From an uncultured Verrucomicrobia subdivision 3 bacterium (GTDB taxonomy: Bacteria; Verrucomicrobiota; Verrucomicrobiia; Limisphaerales; UBA11358), in assembly GCA_903918885.1 (NCBI GenBank), contig CAIXFY010000027.1:76542-140541 (forward strand): a DNA stretch of 64,000 nucleotides, given 5' to 3'. The position numbers and the translations under genes were made by a program. Within the stretch, counting starts at the first letter, position 1. Every line of letters begins with the position of its first letter. Positions 19,401 to 25,384 of the stretch are shown here, in pieces. The notes below the pieces were generated by a model that did no database searches, was not told where the DNA came from, and saw nothing but the letters and a program-made list of their open reading frames with translations.

Positions 19401-21981
19401 CCCCGCTGGCGAGGTGCTCAAGACTATTGCGGTTCCGGTGATGGATGACTCGAATATCACGGCCAATTTGACGGTCAACCTCGCGCTTTCCAGCCCGACG
19501 GCTCCGGCTATCATCGGTGACCAGCCCGTCGCGGTGCTGACTATTATCAATGATGACAACGCGGTGAGCTTCACCTCGGATAATTATCCGGTGGCGAAAA
19601 ATATTCTTACCGGCTTTGGCGAGTTGCATATAGCGCGAATCGGTTCCATCAGCGGCAGTTGCTCGGTGAGCTATTTGACGACGACCAACGGCACGGCTGT
19701 CAGCGGCACGGATTATTATCCGACCAATGGCACGGTCACCTTTAGTCCGGGGGATACGGACAAAACCATCTATGTGCCGGTCATCAACAATAATCTGCCG
19801 GAAGGTGACCGCACGGTGACTTTGATTTTGTCGAATAATGTCGGGGCCTTGATGTATGCGCCTTCAAACACGGTGTTGACTATCAAAGATACGGTGATTT
19901 CTCCGGGCTTGTTGAGTTTCTCAGCCACAAACTACACGGTGGGTTCCGGCGATGGCAGCACCACCATCACAGTGTTGCGCACCAACGGAACTTCCGGCTC
20001 CATCTCGGTGGCGTTCTACACCCAGCCCGGAACGGCGTTGCCGGGCATTGATTATACTCCGGTTAGTGGCACGCTGACCTTCAATGATGGTGACACGCTC
20101 AAGACCTTTGATGTGCCGGTGTTGAATAATCCGGTGGCTCAAATACCGGTCAGTTTGTCTGTGTTGCTCTCCAATCCTGGCGGCGGGGCAACCATTGTTG
20201 CTCCCACCAATTCCACGCTGACGATTTTGAACACGAACATCGGGTTTGCTTTCTTGAGCGGCACGAATTATTTCCGCGAGACCAATGGCAATGCGTTGAT
20301 TTTTGTCCGGCGTGTTGGGAGCGCAAACGGCAGCGCCCAGATCAATTACTCAACCACGCCCGGCACGGCGTTGCCCGGCGTGAACTACAATTCAGTTTCC
20401 AACACCCTGACGTTTGGTGATGGCGAAGCCTTGAAATCCATCGCCTTGCCGTTGTTGCACGATCCGCGAGTGACGGGTGATTTGCTCCTGAACTTGAACT
20501 TGTCCAATCCCGGCGCCGGCACTTCGCTTGTGAGTCCAAGTAATTCGCTCGTGGTGCTGCAGGATGCCGATGCGGGTATAAGCTTCACCAATTCGGCCAT
20601 CAGCGTATTGAAGAATGTCGGTCAGGCGGTCATCACCGTCGTCTGCACTAATCCCGTGGTCGAGCCGCCGGTGTCCAATACCAATCTCGCCCCGATGTCG
20701 GTTCAATATACGACGCTCGATGGCACGGCGGTAGCCGGAGTGGATTATCAGACGACAACCGGAACGTTATTGTTCACCAATGGCAACGGGACGAACACGT
20801 TCAATGTGACTATTTTCAACAACAGTCAGGTGACCGGCGATCACAATTTCTCGGTGCGATTGTTCAATGCCACCGCGCCCGGTCAGGTGGTTGCGCCGAG
20901 CAATCAGGTGGTCACCATTGTGGATAACAATTCTGGCTTGAGCTTCTCCCGTCCGGTTTACACGGTCTTGAAGTCCAGTGCTTATGCCACCATCACCGTC
21001 TTGCGCACCGACTTCACCAACACCGTTACCTCTGTTAACTATGCCACCGCCGACGGAACGGCGTCCGCCGGCGCGGATTATCTGGCCACGAGCGGCACTT
21101 TGGTTTTCACCAATGGCGAGACGAGCAAGACTTTTGCAGTCACCAATCTTCCCAGCTTGACGGTGCAACCGGACAAGACCGTGCAACTACAATTGTCCAA
21201 TCCCACCAATGGTTTTCTCATTGCGCCGTATGCGGCGACGCTCACGATTCACGATACCAGCGGCAGTCTGGTGGTGGCGGCGGGATCTGCATTTGCTCCG
21301 GGCGGGGACCCGAACAACAACGGCATCATTGATACCAATGAAACGGTGTCGCTGATGCTGGCGTTGCGCGCCAGCGGTGGAACCAACGTCAACAATTTGT
21401 CCGCCACGCTGCTGTCTGCCAACGGGGTTAGCGTGACTAACTCACCGAACTTGCCGACCCAATATTACGGCACGCTGACGGTGAACGGCCCGTCGGTTTC
21501 CCGGCCATTCAGCTTCACCGCCGTGGGCACGAACGGCCAGCAGATTTTGCTGACATTGCAGTTGAGCAATGGCGTGACGAATCTCGGCACGGCATCTTTC
21601 ACCTACACACTCGGCACTTGGGCGACCACGTTCTACAACACCAACCTCATCGTCATCAACGATGCGCTGGGGCCGAACAAACCCACGATTGCCGCGCCGT
21701 ATCCGTCCACCATCGTTGTTAGCAACGTGGGCGGCGTGGTCATCAAATCCGTAGTGACGTTGAGCAATCTGTATCACGGGTTCACCAAGGACATCGAGGC
21801 GTTGGTTGTTTCACCGGCGGCGCAAGACACCTTAATCATGGCGCATGCGGGCAATGGCGGTGCCACCAAGATTACTCTGACGTTTGATGATGCGGCGGCG
21901 GGTTCGCTCTCCAGCACCAATCTGCTGCAGACGGGCACGAATAAGCCGACCGCTTACACACCCTTAACCACTTTCCCCTGA
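13408..21981 (+). CDS. Giant (2857 aa) secreted protein: PPC-like N-domain, two 7x delta-60 propeller blocks, many Calx-beta domains, C-terminal P-domain-like module
   Basis: A signal/anchor segment is present (IGCAILLAGLLVNVSRAQ). Delta-60 repeats of the type DGKIV(L/V)GGNFTxVNGxxRNxIARLNxDGSLDTTF occur seven times at about 15300-16400 and seven times at about 18110-19190. There are repeated Calx-beta signatures, for example GTAVSGTDYYPTNGTVTFSPGDTDKTIYVPVINNNLPEGDRTVTLILSN. The C-terminus is IVVSNVGGVVIKSVVTLSNLYHGFTKDIEALVVSPAAQDTLIMAHAG...LTFDDAA. Confidence 0.8.
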   Translation: MQKLTSLRLENLVRIGCAILLAGLLVNVSRAQDTFATAQVIYGDSGSVNDVDNGFFTPEAGAPTIAGLAPQYTAWFQWSTTNSGEVEFDTIGSVDDSTGVIQLDTVMGVYTGNSLATLNLLAANDDLYPNFQVNVSCQNYYTFANTNFAATKVAPTSFPLENLNFIYQPFSGAMNQPYYPINTGPSGLRFNAVAGKTYYIAVDTRNLPGFISLNWSLHPSGVFRFATENSDLNGLTYDDGVTPMLLYQTAATESSGHTVTSGDPIRYSVFNNANGVLVTVTRVAGSTGKVSVDYTTVDLPTQGGDFLANGDLPAVANVDYLPQSGTLTFDDNEMSKTILIPVINYDPFNAFFQLVPRPNRDFGIQLVDDGGDTSPLVDSAESSDVPPPRVDPMFGLAMVRILDVNSDPRAITSVTSTNGAGNPVVTYTTIATNAVFNFEKANYRVYRAGSNPGQKFTVYVARTGTNTDAATINYTVNSRYPFGRKSTTIENINYTFPLTPGSDYATPDPSGKVGGVWGVTPDFTFPSGYTGTLTWAAKDFRAKPISFNILDNGSQQFNEDFQIDLYDLDTQGNPLQVGMVAQTTVTILNASDLDNNGGTSNINPPAGAVDELYNADYGADFFINTVPPNMAHPGTDGQVYGLALQPDGNTVVVGDFFTYNGMGRNCIARVTSSGYLDNTFDTSDGADGFISCVTLTTNNEILIGGNFTSFKGSLRNYIALLNTSGGVDTTFNPGQGFNGPVYALAQEPNGQVLVGGDFTQYNGVTRNHLALLNLDGTLDGTFNPGTNLTAAVSALGLQPNGQIVVGGIFTNVAGIHGQNYATRLNADGTLDTTFDPGSGPNEAVYAVGIQPDGKIVLGGNFTQVNGSSYNGIVRLTTTGQLDPNFYCGIGLDGPVYHLNIATNTIYSTTNSSVVVQTNFTIYVGGEFTAYNGTHRLGFARLNADGTLDTTFLDTAYNQFAGLTREYFGDPVGSVQASAIQPNGDVLIGGSFEQVGGGQFEGRVRPNSFTNAFTSIMTRSAIRNHSNFARLHGGATPGPGNVGLNYTSYSVNKSADSMFVSLVRTNGNLGPAAANFSINPGLAQSGVDYFYTGDYNGASPLYWIEWEYVGPTRMHSDALLGQNAVPFDTASGQSFSGVSWPAVNVTIAGNTNSFNDLNAQFQMANPVKDQFYLGGEDIALGVALGESSAPLKIIEDRHQSGTFGFASPDYTGTGLAAPIAVTRTNGTYGVVSVAYTTTTNGSTAVAGVDYRATSGSLSFQPTDTNRTFNVTILNSNYVSSVEKKVNLLLTGINPPVNGIASLGTTNAVLRIINPNYQGYLNLSTNTYAANLSAGFVSITVTRTVGSKGTLTLMCATTNNSAVSGIDFTGFTNLLTWNNGDVAPKTINIPLLNNGQVGTNRQFGVVIYNPTNGVTLTPSLFAANGTTNATVTINNDNSYGTFQFAAPSYVVNENGGYSTVTVFRNGATNGTANIQFATADATAFAGTNYVATNGTLNFVAGQLAASFKVQILNDGVSNPPPANFYFTLTLSTTNLGVVLGTPSVVNNYIVDDASFNRPPGVTDSSFNLGTGMNGDVLALALQSTGKIVAGGTFTTVDGVPENYLARLNADGSPDTTGFLSGLAGGNGTVYALANQTDDQLLVAGAFTSFNGLVRNRITRLNTDGSTDSSFKPGAGADNTIYGIAETFIGGVRKIYIGGAFSTINGISHPNVARLNNDGTVDGGFAPGTGPTATVYAVAPYPTNSFYAGQLLVGGAFTNISNFAVSGIARLNANGSLDTNFDFNLKTSGAVRAIAIQRDNRILIGGDFTNVNGVAVSHLARLNSDGSLDTNFVANIGGGVNGQVNGIAVQQDSRIVVVGQFSLANGVTRNGITRLLPTGVVDPSINFGDGANGAVDAVVVQPNDQMIVIGGAFTQYNDQPAGRITRIYGGSQTGSGAFEFTSPTYQIDENGIQALIGIRRTGGTSGTNADGSGSVAVNFSTSDGTATNGINYRGVNQSVSFPAGEVLKTIAVPVMDDSNITANLTVNLALSSPTAPAIIGDQPVAVLTIINDDNAVSFTSDNYPVAKNILTGFGELHIARIGSISGSCSVSYLTTTNGTAVSGTDYYPTNGTVTFSPGDTDKTIYVPVINNNLPEGDRTVTLILSNNVGALMYAPSNTVLTIKDTVISPGLLSFSATNYTVGSGDGSTTITVLRTNGTSGSISVAFYTQPGTALPGIDYTPVSGTLTFNDGDTLKTFDVPVLNNPVAQIPVSLSVLLSNPGGGATIVAPTNSTLTILNTNIGFAFLSGTNYFRETNGNALIFVRRVGSANGSAQINYSTTPGTALPGVNYNSVSNTLTFGDGEALKSIALPLLHDPRVTGDLLLNLNLSNPGAGTSLVSPSNSLVVLQDADAGISFTNSAISVLKNVGQAVITVVCTNPVVEPPVSNTNLAPMSVQYTTLDGTAVAGVDYQTTTGTLLFTNGNGTNTFNVTIFNNSQVTGDHNFSVRLFNATAPGQVVAPSNQVVTIVDNNSGLSFSRPVYTVLKSSAYATITVLRTDFTNTVTSVNYATADGTASAGADYLATSGTLVFTNGETSKTFAVTNLPSLTVQPDKTVQLQLSNPTNGFLIAPYAATLTIHDTSGSLVVAAGSAFAPGGDPNNNGIIDTNETVSLMLALRASGGTNVNNLSATLLSANGVSVTNSPNLPTQYYGTLTVNGPSVSRPFSFTAVGTNGQQILLTLQLSNGVTNLGTASFTYTLGTWATTFYNTNLIVINDALGPNKPTIAAPYPSTIVVSNVGGVVIKSVVTLSNLYHGFTKDIEALVVSPAAQDTLIMAHAGNGGATKITLTFDDAAAGSLSSTNLLQTGTNKPTAYTPLTTFP

Positions 21982-21987
21982 CCCGGC

Positions 21988-24549
21988 ATGAAAATGAATC
22001 AAGAAAATATCACCCCGGCGATGGCTATGAAAAACACTCCTCAAATTTTGAAAATGTCCGTGAGGAAAATATTGCTGACCGCTTGCTTGGGACTGGTTGT
22101 GACCGTCATGACCACTCCTTCGGCGCGCGCGGCGGTAACCGTCATGAAGACCTTGTCCGGTCATGTGCCGGCGGTGGTTTCACAATTGAGTGCCAAAGGT
22201 AACGTGGCTGCGGACACCGATGTGAGCCTGACCATCGGGTTGCCGCTGCAACATCGCGAGGCGCTGACGAATTTGTTGGCCCAGATTTATGATCCGGCCA
22301 GCCCCTACTATCATCGTTATCTGGCACCCGCGCAGTTCGCGGAGCAATTTGGCCCGTCGGAGCAGGATTATGCCGCCGTCGCCGATTTCGCGCGCGCCAA
22401 CGGGCTTACCGTGACCGCCACGCATCCCAACCGGATGTTGTTGGAAGTAAGCGGCAAGCCAGCGAATATTCAAAGCGCTTTTCACGTCAATCTGCGAACC
22501 TATAAACATCCGACCGAGAACCGCGATTTCTTTGCCCCGGATACGGAACCCAGTGTTTCGGCGGCCTTGCCAATTCAGGATATCAGCGGACTCAGCGATT
22601 ATGGTCGTCCCCAGCCGCACTACCGGGTCAAGTCGGTGGTCAAATCCTCGGGTTCGGTGGTTTCCAAGGCCAGCTCAAAAGCGAATGCCACCACGGGTTC
22701 CGGGCCTTCAGGAAATTATATTGGCGATGATTTCAGAAATGCCTATGTGCCCGGCACAACTTTGAATGGTTCCGGCCAGACGATTGCTTTGGTTCAATTT
22801 GATGGCTATTTGTCCAATGACATCGCCGCCTATGAAAGTTTGGCGGGGCGTCCCAACATTCCGCTCCAAAATGTTTTGATTGACCGGTTCAACGGTTTTC
22901 CGACCGGCAACGGCGGCGAAGTGGAAGTTTCCCTGGACATTGAAATGCTCATTTCCATGGCACCCGGCTTGTCCCAAATCATCGTCTATGAAGGCAACCC
23001 GTTTAATTTCCATCCCAACAACGTGCTGAACCGGATTGCCACGGATAATGCCGCGCGCCAAATTAGTTGCTCTTGGGGCTGGACCGGTGGACCGACCGCG
23101 ACCACCGACCAAATTTTTCAACAGATGGCATTGCAGGGACAAACATTTTTCACCTCTTCCGGTGATGGCGATGCCTATCCGGCCGGAACGGTTGATAGCC
23201 CATTTGGTTTCGGCACGCCGTCCGATAGTCCTTATGTCACCTCCGTTGGCGGAACGACTTTGACCATGAATGGTGCGGGTGCGTCCTACTCCTCTGAAAC
23301 CGTTTGGAACTGGGGAGTTCGTTTTGGGGCCGATGGCATTGGCAGCAGCGGTGGCTATAGCAGCAGCTACTACTCCATACCCTCCTGGCAGACCAACATC
23401 AATATGGCGGCGCGTGGCGGTTCACAAACTGCGCGCAATTTCCCCGACGTGGCGCTTACGGCGGATGATGTGCTCGTGATTGCCGATAGTGGGGTTCAAT
23501 ATACGGGCGTCGGCGGCACGAGCGTTGCCGCGCCGCTGTGGGCCGGCTTCATGTCGCTGGTCAACCAGCAAGCCACCAACAACGGACTGGCTCCGATTGG
23601 CTTGCTCAATCCGGCAATTTATAAAATCGCCAACAGTGCGGCTTACGCCAATTGCTTTCACGACACCACCACGGGTAATAATACTTGGAGCGGCAGCCCC
23701 AATTTATTTTACGCCACCAATAATTATGATTTGGCCACTGGCTTGGGCACGCCGAACGGAACTAATTTGATCAATGCGCTGGCTTCGGTCGGGGTCAATA
23801 ATCCCATCACCCATATTTCACCTCCGCCCGCGCCCTACGGCACAACCTTGGCCAACTTGAATGGCAGCAACCCGAATGGCAACTGGCAGCTTTTCGTTCT
23901 GGATGATGCGCAATTCAACACCGGCGTCATTTCCAACGGCTGGGCGGTCACGCTGACTTTGGCCAGCCCGGTGGGTTACTCGGCCAACCTCGAGTTGCTG
24001 ATGAGTGCTTCGTCCGCCAGCATCGCCGTGAGCAACAATCTCACTTACACGCTCGCCGTGACGAACTACGGCCCGTCCACCTCCAGCAACATCTTAGTTT
24101 TGGATAACCTGCCGACCGGGGTGACCGTGATTTCCACCGGCGGCGCAGTGCGCAACGGCGCAACTTTGAGTTGGAACGTCGGCACGCTCGCCGTGAATGC
24201 TGGCGTGCAATTAAGTTTCACCGTCCGTCCGGATTATCTCGGCACAATTTTCAATTACGCCTCCGTCTCGGCGGATACCGCGGATGCGAACACGGATGAC
24301 AATTTTGCCTCGCTCCAGACCTTGGTTACCGTTTCCAGCCGTCCGCAACTGTCGGCCGCCTTGCGCAGTGGAAATGGTGCGTTTCAATTCGCCGTCACCA
24401 GCGATCCGGGCGTGACCAACATCATTCAGGCCTCCACCAATCTGGTGAACTGGGATCCGATTTACACCAACATCGGCTCCTTCACTTTCACCAACCTGAC
24501 CGCGACCAACTATCCCCAGCGATTCTATCGGGCGTTGGTCGGCCAGTGA
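21988..24549 (+). CDS. Peptidase S53 (sedolisin / pro-kumamolisin family) with DUF11-like repeat and C-terminal ...FYRA module
   Basis: 853 aa.
- Pro-kumamolisin activation-domain pattern: PLQHREALTNLLAQIYDPASPYYHRYLAPAQFAEQFGPS.
- Catalytic region: EVSLDIEM, SSGDGDAY and the serine motif GGTSVAAPLWAGF.
- Then NPNGNWQLFVLDDAQFNTGVISNGWAVTL, LTYTLAVTNYGPSTSSNILVLDNLPTG, and a C-terminal STNLVNWDPIY...QRFYRALVGQ. Confidence 0.85.
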   Translation: MKMNQENITPAMAMKNTPQILKMSVRKILLTACLGLVVTVMTTPSARAAVTVMKTLSGHVPAVVSQLSAKGNVAADTDVSLTIGLPLQHREALTNLLAQIYDPASPYYHRYLAPAQFAEQFGPSEQDYAAVADFARANGLTVTATHPNRMLLEVSGKPANIQSAFHVNLRTYKHPTENRDFFAPDTEPSVSAALPIQDISGLSDYGRPQPHYRVKSVVKSSGSVVSKASSKANATTGSGPSGNYIGDDFRNAYVPGTTLNGSGQTIALVQFDGYLSNDIAAYESLAGRPNIPLQNVLIDRFNGFPTGNGGEVEVSLDIEMLISMAPGLSQIIVYEGNPFNFHPNNVLNRIATDNAARQISCSWGWTGGPTATTDQIFQQMALQGQTFFTSSGDGDAYPAGTVDSPFGFGTPSDSPYVTSVGGTTLTMNGAGASYSSETVWNWGVRFGADGIGSSGGYSSSYYSIPSWQTNINMAARGGSQTARNFPDVALTADDVLVIADSGVQYTGVGGTSVAAPLWAGFMSLVNQQATNNGLAPIGLLNPAIYKIANSAAYANCFHDTTTGNNTWSGSPNLFYATNNYDLATGLGTPNGTNLINALASVGVNNPITHISPPPAPYGTTLANLNGSNPNGNWQLFVLDDAQFNTGVISNGWAVTLTLASPVGYSANLELLMSASSASIAVSNNLTYTLAVTNYGPSTSSNILVLDNLPTGVTVISTGGAVRNGATLSWNVGTLAVNAGVQLSFTVRPDYLGTIFNYASVSADTADANTDDNFASLQTLVTVSSRPQLSAALRSGNGAFQFAVTSDPGVTNIIQASTNLVNWDPIYTNIGSFTFTNLTATNYPQRFYRALVGQ

Positions 24550-24556
24550 TCGGCGC

Positions 24557-25141
24557 ATGAAGCTCCTCGGTTTGACCGGCGGCGTGGGGATGGGCAAATC
24601 CACCGCTGCCGGTTTCCTTTTGCAGCTGGGCGTCCGCGTTGTGGACACGGATGAAATCGCGCATCAACTCGTTCAACCCGGCCAGTCTGCACTCGCGGAA
24701 ATCCGGCAGGAATTTGGCTGTGCAGTTTTTCTGACCGACGGTTCGCTCAACCGTGCCGCCCTTGCCGAAAAAGTTTTTGCCGATGAAACCGCGCGGCAAA
24801 AACTCGAAGCCATCCTGCACTCACGCATCCGCGAACGCTGGTCGGCGCAGGTGGAATCATGGCGGAAAGAAAATATTCCAATGGCCGTGGTCGTCATCCC
24901 GCTGCTGTTCGAGACGCAGGCCGAAACGGCGTTCGACAAAATCATCTGCGTCGCCTGTTCACCCCAATCGCAGCACGAACGTCTACTGGCGCGCGGCTGG
25001 TCCGGCGACCAGATAGCTCGCCGTATCGCGGCGCAACTGCCGGTGGAACAGAAAATGGCGCGCTCCCATTTTGTTGTCTGGTCAGAAGGCTTGCCGGAAG
25101 TCACCCGCCGTCAGCTTGCCGAAATCATCGGTAAAATCTGA
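24557..25141 (+). CDS. coaE: Dephospho-CoA kinase
   Basis: 194 aa. The P-loop sits at the N-terminus (LGLTGGVGMGKST) and is followed by VVDTDEIAH and IPLLFE, the typical CoaE layout. Confidence 0.9.
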   Translation: MKLLGLTGGVGMGKSTAAGFLLQLGVRVVDTDEIAHQLVQPGQSALAEIRQEFGCAVFLTDGSLNRAALAEKVFADETARQKLEAILHSRIRERWSAQVESWRKENIPMAVVVIPLLFETQAETAFDKIICVACSPQSQHERLLARGWSGDQIARRIAAQLPVEQKMARSHFVVWSEGLPEVTRRQLAEIIGKI

Positions 25142-25266
25142 ATTTTCCCTGTCCCCAGTTTTTCCCGGCGTGTCCCCACAACTGGTGACAAGCCAACCAA
25201 CGCGGATGTGTTACAATTTTGTCGTTGGAAGTTGTGACTCCAACAAAAAATTTAGAGTGTTGTTGA

Positions 25267-25301
25267 AGAGGCCGGAGTAGTGTCCGGCCTCTTTTCTTTT
25301 C
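25267..25301 (+). terminator. Rho-independent terminator closing the 25-kb + strand array
   Basis: An 11-bp perfect stem AAGAGGCCGGA / TCCGGCCTCTT with loop GTAGTG, followed by TTCTTTT. It lies 126 nt after the coaE stop. Confidence 0.8.
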
Positions 25302-25384
25302 CCCAAAAGGTTCCGGCTCCTCAACCCCAACGAAACGTTATTCTTTATCGTGCCTTGTCTGGTCCACTTTGTTAGATTCACCGC

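Noticed and set aside
21964-21990. Possible frameshift or read-through fusing the 2857-aa gene with the S53 peptidase gene.
   Set aside because: A clean TGA at 21979-21981 is followed 6 nt later by an ATG. The new ORF has its own hydrophobic signal region, and no alternative frame continues the P-domain.
25142-25266. Small RNA between coaE and the terminator (contains a GTTGGA/TCCAAC hairpin).
   Set aside because: No promoter or conserved structure can be supported from the sequence alone. It is most simply the coaE 3' UTR.
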